Origin: a virus
Virus record (IMG/VR): IMGVR_UViG_3300012314_000001
Direction: 5' to 3' (one strand)
DNA: 64,000 bases
The stretch's first letter is position 1, and each line of letters opens with the position of its first letter. Under the pieces are notes generated by a model. That model was not told where the DNA came from and searched no databases. It saw only the letters and a program-made list of their open reading frames with translations. Both the position numbers and the translations under genes were made by a program. This document shows, one piece after another, positions 1-9,624 of this stretch.

Positions 1-137
1 ACAGCTCGTGCGGTGGAAGTTGTGGCTCGTATTGATATTGAGTATAGGTAAGGGTTTGTTTTTGCGTGTGTGCCCTCCCCGCTGTAACATTGTTTGCGTA
101 TAGATTGTATCGACCTCACTAAGAAAGAAAAACTCTT

Positions 138-545
138 ATGGCACCTATTGCAAACGCAACCCCAATCGTCGAATTCGCCTATAATCTTGGCGACGAACTC
201 TACACCCGTGGCTACACTGCCCGCATCAACTCGCTCTACCAGTACCGCCCCGTCGACGAACCGTGGACGCTAGGACTGCTGATTTCTCCCCAACGCTACT
301 CAGGTCGAAGTGCGGATCTGCAGGTAGAGATGGAAGAAACCTCCGCGGACGGGTGTGTGAGCTGGATTAGGCTTGAAAAGCTCCGTCTGTCCCCTGTAGA
401 CGACGCGGAAGCACAACAGGCATTAGCCGAGCAGATTGAAAACTCAAGCAACGACGGGTCACAACCAGTTTCCTACGGTATTGTGGCGCGCATTGTTGCT
501 GATGTTCTCGATTCCTTTGGTGTGGCCGCAAGGGACAAGGGCTAG
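138..545 (+). CDS. hypothetical protein (135 aa)
   Basis: Uninterrupted ORF, no recognisable motif. Confidence 0.35.
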   Translation: MAPIANATPIVEFAYNLGDELYTRGYTARINSLYQYRPVDEPWTLGLLISPQRYSGRSADLQVEMEETSADGCVSWIRLEKLRLSPVDDAEAQQALAEQIENSSNDGSQPVSYGIVARIVADVLDSFGVAARDKG

Positions 546-578
546 AAGAATTGTGCTGAAAAGACCCCCGCAATAATG

Positions 579-1148
579 CTAGTCAGTCAAATCCCGCAAC
601 GCATACGCCACATCCCGAAGATCCACCGAACCATACTCACCCTCAATCGCAGCAAACTCCTCCGTAGGAGCCTGAAAAGACGTAGCACGGTCAATACGCT
701 TTGCGACACGCTGTCTAACAAGATCCTTATTTACTGTACTAGGCGGCTGATTAAGTGACTGAATAAACTCAGTTTCCTGTTTGATGAAACTAGTAGACGT
801 GTAATTAGTACCATAGCGGGATTCTAAAAGCTGACCAATCTTAGTAGTGTTAGCCTTCCACTTCTTTTGCGAAAATACACTCAAGTGCGGGCAAATAAGC
901 AGTGCAAGTAGCAGTGCTGTAGCAATAAGAACCGGGGCAATTGTGTGGGTGAGGGTGGAGATGGACGCGCCTAGGATAAACGCCAAGATCCCTATTTCAG
1001 CGAGGACAAAAATAGTGGGCCTGCTGATGGCGCTGTGTTGAGTGTAGTTGTTGTCGTTGGTGAGGTGCTTGGTGATGTCGTCGATGAGTTTATCGCGGTG
1101 GGTGGCAAGGATAGTGTGTTGGGTGGTGTTGTCGCGGTTGAGTGGCAT
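579..1148 (-). CDS. hypothetical membrane protein
   Basis: ORF with two long hydrophobic stretches (IFVLAEIGILAFILGASI, IAPVLIATALLLALLI). Confidence 0.4.
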   Translation of the reverse strand: MPLNRDNTTQHTILATHRDKLIDDITKHLTNDNNYTQHSAISRPTIFVLAEIGILAFILGASISTLTHTIAPVLIATALLLALLICPHLSVFSQKKWKANTTKIGQLLESRYGTNYTSTSFIKQETEFIQSLNQPPSTVNKDLVRQRVAKRIDRATSFQAPTEEFAAIEGEYGSVDLRDVAYALRDLTD

Positions 1149-1257
1149 GGGAAAGTCTTTCTAGCACAAAAGTGAGAGTTTGTCGATGCTCTATGGTACT
1201 AGAGGGGATCGTGTTGTGTGTGGGTTTGTGCTAGGCGTATAGGCCACGAAGTTGAAG

Positions 1258-2025
1258 TTACTTGGTTTTGCGGCGTACTAGCTCGGCAATAAGCAGGAAA
1301 ACCACCAGGCCAATGATCAAAAACGGCGCGTCGTTTTCGTCCAGGAACTGGTCGTCTGAACTATTGTGATCGTCTGGGTCACCGGAATTAGGGTTATGGT
1401 CCTTGTTGAAGTTAGGGGTGCCTTCTTTATTGTTAGCATACGACAAGGTGGTGGGGTGAGTATCACCGTTAAGAGTATAAGTTACCTCGTAGCCAGAAGG
1501 AGTGAGTGTGGTGGCGTCAGGATAGTAGATGGTCATGGTGAAATCGTGCGCGCCGCCTGCGTTCCTGATGTCGCGTTCCATGTGGGATTGTTGGCCGTGG
1601 CGGTTGAGGTAGCTATCTTGCGGGGTGATGTTGTAGGCGTTGGAGACTCCGCCGAGTGAGTCTGCAATAACGTGGCCTTCGTCGAAGTTGGGGTTGTCGG
1701 TGCCGGGTACTTTGGCTTCGTCGTTGCAGTAGCGGTTTTTGCTGGTAATGTCTTCAGTTTCGTCGTTTTGGAGGATGATTTCTTCGGCGGTGACGGTGAC
1801 GAGTTGGCCGGTGCTGTTGGTGGTGGCGGTGTAGTTGCGTTGAGGGCCGTAGCCGATGTCAGTGGTGGCGTTGGGTTCGCGGAGTCCGGCTTTGTTGCAG
1901 ACCCAGGCTTTGTCGGTGTCTAAGCCGTGTGCGGGGGCTGTGGTGGTGTTGGAGGCTGCGTGTGCGGTAAGTGGGGTGAGGGTGATGAGGGTGGCGGTGG
2001 TGAGTGCGGTGAGTAGTTTTTTCAT
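1258..2025 (-). CDS. secreted, C-terminally membrane-anchored putative DNA/RNA non-specific endonuclease (Endonuclease_NS_2-like)
   Basis: N-terminal signal peptide (MKKLLTALTTATLITLTPLTAHA). Motif DEGHVIADSLGG...NITPQDSYLNRHG...MERD resembles the GH..A..GG...N..PQ...N...E signature of secreted non-specific nucleases. C-terminal hydrophobic helix plus RRKTK tail. Confidence 0.45.
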   Translation of the reverse strand: MKKLLTALTTATLITLTPLTAHAASNTTTAPAHGLDTDKAWVCNKAGLREPNATTDIGYGPQRNYTATTNSTGQLVTVTAEEIILQNDETEDITSKNRYCNDEAKVPGTDNPNFDEGHVIADSLGGVSNAYNITPQDSYLNRHGQQSHMERDIRNAGGAHDFTMTIYYPDATTLTPSGYEVTYTLNGDTHPTTLSYANNKEGTPNFNKDHNPNSGDPDDHNSSDDQFLDENDAPFLIIGLVVFLLIAELVRRKTK

Positions 2026-2154
2026 GGTGGTGTGGTGTTGGTTGGTTTTTGTTTGCTGGGTTTAGTGTAGTGGGTTGGTGGGTGTGGGGCAAATTGTTGT
2101 GTTTTTGCTGGGGGCGTGGGTCTAGTATGTTTTTGTTGAAGAGAATTTCCTCAT

Positions 2155-2580
2155 GTGCCTCGTGGAAGGGGCGAGAAATCTGTGACTGTGGCCCGACTCC
2201 TTATTACTGGTTCGCGGTATTTTAACGATGCTGGACTGATGCATGCTGCAATTAGTGATGCAGTATCGACACTTCGAGGCTTCGGCTTTGCCCACATTGT
2301 GCTTGTTCATGGTGGGGCCCGCGGTGCTGACACACTTGCCGCACATATAGGCAGGAGTATGGGTCTCGAAATAGAAGCACACCCGGCGCGGTGGGACGTG
2401 TATGGAAGGGCGGCAGGGCCTGTGCGGAATAGTGAGATGGTGGAGTTGGGTGCTGATTTGGTGCTGGCGTTCCCGGAGGGTGAGTCTCAGGGTACGCGTG
2501 GGTGTATGCGGCTTGCGGTGGAAAAGGGCTGCGCAGTTATCAATGTTACAGAGGGTGCAGCGCCGCGGCGGGTTTTCTGA
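2155..2580 (+). CDS. DUF2493 / SLOG-fold (DprA/LOG-like Rossmann) protein, a phage-associated family
   Basis: LITGSRYF...HIVLVHGGARGAD...LAFP pattern typical of DUF2493. The true start may be an internal GTG near 2182. Confidence 0.5.
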   Translation: MPRGRGEKSVTVARLLITGSRYFNDAGLMHAAISDAVSTLRGFGFAHIVLVHGGARGADTLAAHIGRSMGLEIEAHPARWDVYGRAAGPVRNSEMVELGADLVLAFPEGESQGTRGCMRLAVEKGCAVINVTEGAAPRRVF

Positions 2581-2627
2581 TAGTATTTTAAATACACAAT
2601 TTCTATCCCGTATTTGAAAGGATCTGC

Positions 2628-3473
2628 ATGTTCACCGCCTCCGACAAGGTACTCGCTCTCACCCGAATGGTACTCGATATGGAAATCGACGCTTCCTGCG
2701 GCGCATATCTCAACCGTGTTCCTGTGGTCACCACTTTGTGCCACGAAGTGAATGAGGACGCGGACGTTTTCCGAATCGACGCGTTTGTTGGAAAAGAAAA
2801 CGGGATGACTTCTCTAACGGCAAACATTGCTCTTGATACTGAAGAAGGAACCGTGTCTTTCACCAAGGCCGGAATTGTGGCATTCACGGAGTTTGCGGAG
2901 GCTTTGGGCGATTCTGTTCTTGTTTTTGTCACCTGCGGTGAAGATGAGGGGGATACGCTTCGCACTGGTATGTTCCGAATTAGTGATAAGGGCATTGAGG
3001 GCTTTGACGGTGGGGAGGCGGGTCAGCGTTTTGTTGATTTGATGGAGGTGGATGATCCGGAGGAGGTTGAGTTTTGGGATACGGCGGGTGTTCCTGCTCA
3101 TGTGGCGAATCCGGGGCTGGTGGCTGAGATGCGTAAGGATTTGTTGCGTCAGGAGGAGATTGTTGATGAGGCGGTGTCTACTTTTGCTGATTTGCCGCTA
3201 GGTAGTGTGATGTTGTTGGATCAGTCGATTACGGTGATGAAGTGTTGTCATAGTGCGTCGGAGGAGAAGTTTTTTGAGTATGAGGGGTATGAGTCGGCGA
3301 GTGAGTATTGTAATCAGGTGGGGTTGTCGTTGGAGGAGTATGCGCAGTTGCGTGATGAGGCGCAGGTGGGTAGGTGGGTTGCTGTTGATGGGGAGTTTTT
3401 GACGAATAATGAGGTGGTTTTGTTGGCGGAGGATAATTTTATGGTGGTGTTTGGTCCTTCTCTTGACAAGTAA
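2628..3473 (+). CDS. hypothetical acidic protein (281 aa)
   Basis: Long ORF, acidic composition, no motif recognised. Confidence 0.4.
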   Translation: MFTASDKVLALTRMVLDMEIDASCGAYLNRVPVVTTLCHEVNEDADVFRIDAFVGKENGMTSLTANIALDTEEGTVSFTKAGIVAFTEFAEALGDSVLVFVTCGEDEGDTLRTGMFRISDKGIEGFDGGEAGQRFVDLMEVDDPEEVEFWDTAGVPAHVANPGLVAEMRKDLLRQEEIVDEAVSTFADLPLGSVMLLDQSITVMKCCHSASEEKFFEYEGYESASEYCNQVGLSLEEYAQLRDEAQVGRWVAVDGEFLTNNEVVLLAEDNFMVVFGPSLDK

Positions 3474-3505
3474 CGCTTGTTGCGTTATAGTGGTTGGTGT
3501 TCAAC

Positions 3506-3579
3506 ACCCTTGTAGCCCAAATGGCAGAGGCACTAGATTTAGGTTCTAGACAGTGTGGGTTCGAGTCCCACCAAGGGTA
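3506..3579 (+). tRNA. tRNA, atypical: anticodon loop tttaggt gives anticodon TAG (Leu codon CUA) but there is no long variable arm
   Basis: 7-bp acceptor stem acccttg/caagggt, T-arm gtgggTTCGAGTcccac, 5-bp anticodon stem ctaga/tctag. Confidence 0.55.
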
Positions 3580-3580
3580 T

Positions 3581-3652
3581 GGGAATGTCGTATAGTGGCT
3601 AATACGTCAGCCTTCCAAGCTGAAGACACGGGTTCGATTCCCGTCATTCCCT
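3581..3652 (+). tRNA. tRNA-Gly (anticodon TCC)
   Basis: Acceptor gggaatg/cattccc, anticodon stem tcagc/gctga with loop cttccaa, T-arm cgggTTCGATTcccg. Confidence 0.75.
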
Positions 3653-3698
3653 CTCACAGGCCCCACCTGTTTGGCTTAAAAATTGGGGCTTGTGTTTT

Positions 3699-3771
3699 GC
3701 CTCCGTGGCGCAATTGGTAGCGCAACGCACTTGTAATGCGTAGGTTGCGGGTTCGAGTCCCACCGGAGGCT
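3699..3771 (+). tRNA. tRNA-Thr (anticodon TGT)
   Basis: Acceptor gcctccg/cggaggc, anticodon stem acgca/tgcgt with loop cttgtaa, T-arm gcgggTTCGAGTcccac, followed by CCA. Confidence 0.75.
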
Positions 3772-3781
3772 CCAGATACTT

Positions 3782-3826
3782 GCGAGTATGGGAAACTTGA
3801 TTGATAGTTCCCATGCTCGCTTTTTC
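3782..3826 (+). terminator. rho-independent terminator after the tRNA cluster
   Basis: Hairpin gcgagtatgggaaac...gttcccatgctcgc followed by TTTTT. Confidence 0.55.
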
Positions 3827-4290
3827 AATAAGATGGTTAGCGCTGCTGTGACACCACCGCAGGGTGTGGTTGTTTGTCACTTTTCTCTTTTCACCAGGGC
3901 GGGTGCTGGGTCCTTGTACTAGGTGCAGTTATTGTTGTTGGCCCTGCAGTATCAACGTGGGGTGCTATGAGCATTTTACATAAGTAAGTTACGCGCCTTT
4001 ATAAGAATTTTTTAGGTCCGAACCGAACACGAGTTTTAGTATCCACCGCGCCACACATATTCCTCGCAAGGATGTGCCACAAGTCTCTCACATACACTTA
4101 TAGTGTTTTCCTTCTTAGTCCTCCAGTGTGCCAAGCCACATCACTGTGGCCCACTATGCCGCATATCTCCACCCCACATTCAGGAAAACATGTGTTTCCG
4201 TTACACAAAATCTAAGAACCATAGTATGCTGACAGTGTCTACACGACCGTAAGCGAATAAAAATCACTCTTCCACAGCAAACACAGCTCT

Positions 4291-5985
4291 GTGGGAAACC
4301 AACACGAAAGGCACAAACACGTGAAAAACACGCGCCACGCACGGCCACTTGCGCGAATCGCCGCAACCACAGCCGCCACAGCCCCCGCCACTACAGGACT
4401 TGCAATGCCTGCAGCAACCGCGGATGGGGCAAAGGATCTCCTGACTGATAACGCACACAATATCGCGGGTGGTGGTGCCAATATTCATGCTGACGACACA
4501 TGTGTGGAAAAGGTTGGCGACACAGCACACGTCAAATTCATGGCACAACACCAACCCCTTGTATACTCTTCGAATCACGACCAGACTTCGGCTTCGGGAA
4601 CACTAGCTATTCCCGCAAACATGGAAAACGTTAAAATTCGTATCAAAGCCGTCGGACACACGGGCGAAACAGACTTTCAAAACGCTCCTATCACTACAGA
4701 TATTTTCGACACTCCTATTGAAGTTCCTGTAGAAGAAGGGGATAACACAGGAACCGCAAAGGGTGTAGCTAACTTCACACCGCTGTACGAAGAGGGTGAG
4801 TTCATCGGCGGTAAGGAAAGTGTTGAAAAGAATATTGCAGACGGTGCTAAATTAGTTCGCCATCACCAGGCAGACCTTAAAGATGAGAGCGGGAATTTTA
4901 ACAACGAGAGCTTTCCATTCAGTTCCTATGGGGATTCGGACTTGCCTTGGTACGGACATCATGACGAAGAATATGACTTTTATGAATTCGGGAACCTTTA
5001 TGTTCCTTTGACCTTTGAGATTGAAGGTGACATCTCTACCGTAGGCGAAGATACGTTCGCTACCGCGGCGGTTTCTAATATCGGATGGAAGACGAGCTCT
5101 GAAGATAATTCAGGAGCTTATGAGCTAGGGGGGCAGTCACTCACGGAGTATACTCAATTCCGCCCTGGTGGCCTGCCCCCTGCCATGCCTGAAGACGAAG
5201 AAATGATCCAGGTGTATAAGGATAAATTGTCGGATGCTGGTTTGGATATTTCTTCGAATATTGCTCCCACTTCGGAAATTCCAGGTAATGCTAAGTATGC
5301 CCGTATTGGCAGTGATATTCGACCGTCTGCTCGTGGAGATGTGGGCAGGACTTATGTTGATCTGTTTTCTTTGAACGAAAATCGGGCTGTGACGTATCTT
5401 GGACAGGTTCCGGCGTCTGCTGAGGATGGTGCAGATGTGACTGCTGCTCATGTGACATTGTGTCCTGCTTCTGATACTCCGGAGACTGACGTACCAGAAA
5501 CCGAGACCCCAGAAACGGAGACCCCAGAGACTGAGACACCGGAAACTGAGACTCCAGAGACGGAGACACCGGAAACTGAGACTCCAGAGACGGAGACACC
5601 GGAAACTGAGACTCCAGAGACGGAGACACCGGAAACTGAGACTCCAGAGACGGAGACACCGGAAACTGAGACTCCAGAAACTGAAACACCGGAAACTGAG
5701 ACTCCAGAGACGGAGACCCCAGAGACTGAGACACCGGAGACCGAGACTCCAGAAACTGAAACACCGGAGACTGAAACCCCGGAGACCGAGACTCCAGAAA
5801 CCGAGACCTCGGAAATGACCACTGCCGCCCCGGCTGGTGACACCCCTGAGTCTGGAACCCCAACAGAATCTAACACCCGACACCTCGCCACTACCGGCGC
5901 AAGTGTTATCGGAATTGGTGTAGGAGCACTTGCACTCATTGGTGCCGGAACCTTCTTGGCTACCCGCCGTAAGAACCAAGCATAA
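4291..5985 (+). CDS. LAxTG cell-wall-anchored surface protein, paralog 1 (564 aa), with (ETP)n repeat stalk
   Basis: Conserved N-terminal block (NAHNIAGGGANIHADDTCVEKVGDTAHVKF) and C-terminal block (YEFGN..FEIEGD..TFATAAVSNIGW) shared with the next two genes. About 25 ETPET repeats. Ends LATTGAS + hydrophobic + RRKN. N-terminal leader is atypical (ARIAATTAATAPATTGLAMPAATA). Confidence 0.75.
   Translation: MGNQHERHKHVKNTRHARPLARIAATTAATAPATTGLAMPAATADGAKDLLTDNAHNIAGGGANIHADDTCVEKVGDTAHVKFMAQHQPLVYSSNHDQTSASGTLAIPANMENVKIRIKAVGHTGETDFQNAPITTDIFDTPIEVPVEEGDNTGTAKGVANFTPLYEEGEFIGGKESVEKNIADGAKLVRHHQADLKDESGNFNNESFPFSSYGDSDLPWYGHHDEEYDFYEFGNLYVPLTFEIEGDISTVGEDTFATAAVSNIGWKTSSEDNSGAYELGGQSLTEYTQFRPGGLPPAMPEDEEMIQVYKDKLSDAGLDISSNIAPTSEIPGNAKYARIGSDIRPSARGDVGRTYVDLFSLNENRAVTYLGQVPASAEDGADVTAAHVTLCPASDTPETDVPETETPETETPETETPETETPETETPETETPETETPETETPETETPETETPETETPETETPETETPETETPETETPETETPETETPETETPETETPETETPETETSEMTTAAPAGDTPESGTPTESNTRHLATTGASVIGIGVGALALIGAGTFLATRRKNQA
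5470..5812. repeat. tandem 15-nt repeats (gagac(c/t)ccagaaac(c/t)) encoding (ETPET)n
   Basis: Visible periodic DNA repeat inside the CDS. Confidence 0.85.
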
Positions 5986-6005
5986 TCACCTGTAAGTCCG
6001 TCTTT

Positions 6006-6040
6006 CCCGCGGCACAAGATCACATCAGCCGCGGGAAAAC
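6006..6040 (+). terminator. GC-rich hairpin (cccgcggc...gccgcggg) downstream of paralog 1
   Basis: 8-bp perfect stem. The same hairpin family follows all three paralogs. Confidence 0.5.
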
Positions 6041-6066
6041 TATTGTCAAATGAGAAAGGAATAATC

Positions 6067-7749
6067 ATGGCACTAAAGAAACCAGCACTACAAACCCTCA
6101 GTGGTATCGCAGCTATTGGTTTGACACTAGGCGTAGCAACACCAGCAAATGCTCTCCTGTCTGACAATGTTCACAACGTTGCTGGCGGCGGCGTTAATAT
6201 CCACGCTAATGACACCTGTATCGCTAAAAAGGGCGATAAGGCACATGTAAAATTCGAAGTACAACACCAGCCACTGGTTCATTCTTCTGACCACGGAAGG
6301 ACTGCCAACTCCGGGGTTATTGCTCTTCCCCACAACATGGAAAATGTTTCCATCAAAATTGTAGCCGCTGGTGGCCTCAATAGTGATAAAGGATACAAAG
6401 ACGAAAGCGGTGAGTTGTACTCCGATGAGGGATACACAACAGCTTTCACAAAGTACGACAACCCTATCGAAGTACCTATTAAGGACGCGACTGATGACAA
6501 CTTTGGTCCTCCCTCTATTGGTGAAGGAGAATACTCTGAAAAAACCTTCAAAGAAGGGAAAAACACTTACACCAATAATATCCCTGATGAGCAAGAGATG
6601 AGGGATGATATAGAAAAACGCGGGTCTTTCATGCGGAAGGTTCATCCATCCAAGAACAGTGAAGATCCAGACCCCGCTCGCTATTACACCGGACCTTTCG
6701 GTTCTTACGGTGACAATATGTGGTACGGCAACAATATCGAGGACTATGACGTTTATGAGTTCGGTAATGGACTCATGCCGCTTTCTTTCGAGATTGAAGG
6801 CGACCTTGCTGTAGACAGTGAAGACACTTTTGTTACTGCCGCTACTTCTAATCTTGGATGGAGTTCGTCTCAAGAAGGTACTGCTGGGGCCTATGAGCAT
6901 GGATCTCAGTCCCTTCAGGTATACGCGTGGGCCCGTCCTGGTTTCTTGCCTCCTGCAGTGCCAAAGGATGAAAACATGATTCAGTTCTATAAGGATCATA
7001 ACTCGGATGACGGTTTGGATATTTCGCCTTCCATTGCTCCGACTAAGGAACTTCCGGGTGATATTAAGTACCGTTATATTGGTTCCGATGTTCGACCGTC
7101 TTCCCGCGGTGATGCAGGAGCACACTATACTGAGACCTTCACTTTGCACTCTAACCCTGCTGTGACTTATGCTGGTCAGGTGCATCTTTCTGGTGAAGAT
7201 GGTGCTGATATTGCTGCGTCGCATGTGACGTTGTGTCCTGCGGAGGAGACTCCAGACACTGATGTGCCAGAGACCGAAACGCCGGAGACTGAAACTCCAG
7301 AGACTGAGGTCCCGAACACCGAGACTCCAGAAACCGAGACGCCAGAGACTGACGTGCCTGAGACTGAGACTCCGGAGACTGAGGTCCCAAACACGGATAC
7401 CCCAGAAACCGAGACCCCGGAAACTGAGACCCCAGAGACTGAGACCCCAGAGACTGAGACCCCAGAGACCGAGACTCCAAACACGGACACCCCAGAGACT
7501 GACGTACCAGAGACTGAGACTCCGGAAACCGAGACTCCAGAGACTGACAAGCCAGAAACTGACACGCCAGACACTGACACACCAGAAACCAGCGCCCCAG
7601 TCGCCGACACCACAGAATCCGAACCCCCGGCAAACAACACCCGCCACCTAGCCACCACAGGTGCTAGTGTTGCAGGCATTGGAGTACTAGCATTCGCTCT
7701 AATCGGCGCAGGAGTATTCCTTGCTTCTCGTCGCAAGAATGAGGCATAA
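6067..7749 (+). CDS. LAxTG cell-wall-anchored surface protein, paralog 2
   Basis: RBS gaaagga upstream of ATG 6067 (MALKKPALQTLSGIAAIGLTLGVATPANA signal peptide). Same conserved N/C blocks. Degenerate ETP/EVPNT repeats. LATTGAS + TM + RRKNEA. Confidence 0.8.
   Translation: MALKKPALQTLSGIAAIGLTLGVATPANALLSDNVHNVAGGGVNIHANDTCIAKKGDKAHVKFEVQHQPLVHSSDHGRTANSGVIALPHNMENVSIKIVAAGGLNSDKGYKDESGELYSDEGYTTAFTKYDNPIEVPIKDATDDNFGPPSIGEGEYSEKTFKEGKNTYTNNIPDEQEMRDDIEKRGSFMRKVHPSKNSEDPDPARYYTGPFGSYGDNMWYGNNIEDYDVYEFGNGLMPLSFEIEGDLAVDSEDTFVTAATSNLGWSSSQEGTAGAYEHGSQSLQVYAWARPGFLPPAVPKDENMIQFYKDHNSDDGLDISPSIAPTKELPGDIKYRYIGSDVRPSSRGDAGAHYTETFTLHSNPAVTYAGQVHLSGEDGADIAASHVTLCPAEETPDTDVPETETPETETPETEVPNTETPETETPETDVPETETPETEVPNTDTPETETPETETPETETPETETPETETPNTDTPETDVPETETPETETPETDKPETDTPDTDTPETSAPVADTTESEPPANNTRHLATTGASVAGIGVLAFALIGAGVFLASRRKNEA
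7249..7590. repeat. tandem ETP-encoding repeats, more degenerate (ETPETEVPNTETPETD...)
   Basis: Periodic DNA repeat. Confidence 0.8.
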
Positions 7750-7766
7750 GAACTGCTAAACTCTTT

Positions 7767-7797
7767 CCCGCGGCACTAAACACCAGCCGCGGGAAAA
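7767..7797 (+). terminator. GC-rich hairpin (cccgcggc...gccgcggg) downstream of paralog 2
   Basis: Perfect 8-bp stem, no strong T-tract. Confidence 0.4.
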
Positions 7798-7827
7798 ACT
7801 ACTACCACAACAAAAGGGAAAAAGATC

Positions 7828-9606
7828 GTGACACTAAAGAAAACAGCACTACAGACGCTTAGTGGTATCGCAGCCATTGGACTCACACTAGGCGTAGCAG
7901 CACCTGCAAACGCGCTTTTGGCTGATAACATTCACAATATCGCTGGTGGCGGTGTCAATATTCATGCTGATAACACCTGCGTGGAAAAAGTCGGAGACAC
8001 AGCACACGTTAAATTCGAAGTACAACACCAACCACTACTATTGTCTTCTGATCACGGCCAAACAGCAGCTGACGGATATATTGCTTTGCCGAAGAATCTC
8101 AAAAATGTAAAAATTGGACTTAAAGCTGTAGCAGATTTTGCTGGAGACGTGCCAAAGGAAGAAGCAAATGAACGCTATTTGGACACTCAGTACCGTGAGG
8201 CACGAATTCTTGATGAGCCAATCGAAATGCCCATTGTTGACCGTTCCGAAGACCCAGATGCACCACCAATGCTTGGTGCATCCCCTAGCGTTAGAGAAAA
8301 TCCTGACGTAAAGCGCGACGAGCGCGCTACAGATTACGAGGATCGTGGATTTTCTAAAAAGGTAACAGAAGATCCTAATAACTCTAGTAAAGCGCATGTT
8401 ACTTACTTGCCGACTGAGCAGGAGCTTCGTGACCACATCAAGAAATTTGATGTACATATGCGTAAGGTAAACCCTGTTCCGTACGATGACCCCGAGTATG
8501 ACGAGTCAAAGCACGGGTATACTGGTCCTTTCATGCTTGGGTCTGGTGACGACATGTGGTACGGAAGCCATATCAAAGAATATAATATCTATGAGTTTGG
8601 AAATATTTTCATGCCAGCCTCATTTGAGATTGAGGCAGATGTTGACGTAGAGCATGACGATACGTTTGTTACCGCGGCTACGTCCAATCTGGGGTGGAAG
8701 TCCAGTGAGGAGTACCGGGCTGGGTCCTATAAGGGTGGTTCTCAGTCTTTGCAAGAATATCCTATGTTCCGACCGGGTGTTCTTCCTCCTGCTATTCCTG
8801 AAGACAAGGATATGATTCAGGTGTATAAGGACAAGTTGTCGGACGCTGGTCTGGATATTTCTCCGACTATTGCGCCCACGAATGAGATGCCGGGTGACTC
8901 TAAGTATAAGTATATCGGTAATGATTCTCGTTCCTCTGCTCGTGAGGATGTAGGAGGTGCGTACTCTCGTATTTTTACACTGCATTCTCATAAAGCTGTG
9001 ACTTACGTTGGTCAAGTACCGCAGTCTGGCGAGGATGGTGCTGATATTACGGCGGCTCATGTGACTTTGTGTCCGTCTGACGAGACGCCACCAGAGACTG
9101 AGACTCCGGAGACTGAAACTCCAGAAACCGAGACACCGGATACTGAGACTCCAGAGACGGAGACTCCAGAAACGGAAACCCCGGAAACCGAGACACCGGA
9201 GACCGAGACCCCAGAAACTGAGACCCCAGAAACTGAGACCCCAGAGACGGAGACTCCAGAAACCGAGACCCCGGATACTGAGACCCCGGATACTGAGACC
9301 CCAGGAACCGAGACGCCAGAGACTGACGTGCCTGAGACTGAGACTCCGGAGACTGAGACACCGGAGACTGAGACTCCAAACACGGACACACCAGAGACTG
9401 ACACCCCAGAGACGGAGACCCCGGAGACTGACACTCCGAACACGGACACCTCGGAAACCGACACTCCTGCCCCTGCCCCGAGTAATGACGGGGACACTGG
9501 TTCCAGGACGTTGGCATCTACTGGTGCTAGTGTGATTGGTATTGGTGTTGTAGCACTGGTACTCATCGGTGCTGGTATTTTCTTGTCTCGCCGTAAGAAG
9601 GACTAG
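7828..9606 (+). CDS. LAxTG cell-wall-anchored surface protein, paralog 3 (592 aa)
   Basis: GTG start with RBS aaaggga. Signal peptide MTLKKTALQTLSGIAAIGLTLGVAAPANA. Conserved N/C blocks. ETP repeats. LASTGAS + TM + RRKKD. Confidence 0.8.
   Translation: MTLKKTALQTLSGIAAIGLTLGVAAPANALLADNIHNIAGGGVNIHADNTCVEKVGDTAHVKFEVQHQPLLLSSDHGQTAADGYIALPKNLKNVKIGLKAVADFAGDVPKEEANERYLDTQYREARILDEPIEMPIVDRSEDPDAPPMLGASPSVRENPDVKRDERATDYEDRGFSKKVTEDPNNSSKAHVTYLPTEQELRDHIKKFDVHMRKVNPVPYDDPEYDESKHGYTGPFMLGSGDDMWYGSHIKEYNIYEFGNIFMPASFEIEADVDVEHDDTFVTAATSNLGWKSSEEYRAGSYKGGSQSLQEYPMFRPGVLPPAIPEDKDMIQVYKDKLSDAGLDISPTIAPTNEMPGDSKYKYIGNDSRSSAREDVGGAYSRIFTLHSHKAVTYVGQVPQSGEDGADITAAHVTLCPSDETPPETETPETETPETETPDTETPETETPETETPETETPETETPETETPETETPETETPETETPDTETPDTETPGTETPETDVPETETPETETPETETPNTDTPETDTPETETPETDTPNTDTSETDTPAPAPSNDGDTGSRTLASTGASVIGIGVVALVLIGAGIFLSRRKKD
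9085..9460. repeat. tandem ETP-encoding repeats in paralog 3
   Basis: Periodic DNA repeat. Confidence 0.8.
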
Positions 9607-9624
9607 TAGACACTAGGTGGCATA

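Noticed and set aside
3644-3880. 78-aa minus-strand ORF overlapping tRNA-Thr
   Set aside because: It overlaps a well-formed tRNA and its terminator and has no RBS. It is a spurious ORF.
5137-7736. Long antisense and alternate-frame ORFs across the ETP repeat tracts (for example 5137-5979, 5291-5863, 5448-6167, 6127-7647, 7151-7633, 7176-7736, 7262-7651, and 9047-9566 in the third copy)
   Set aside because: They are frame shadows of the periodic gagaccccagaaacc repeat (translating as VSGVSVSG, LESQFPVS, or Arg-rich strings). The sense-strand genes have signal peptides, conserved domains and sorting signals.
5470-9460. Possible CRISPR array suggested by regular short repeats
   Set aside because: The repeats are 15-nt, in-frame, without unique spacers, and lie inside CDSs encoding (ETPET)n. 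They are not CRISPR.
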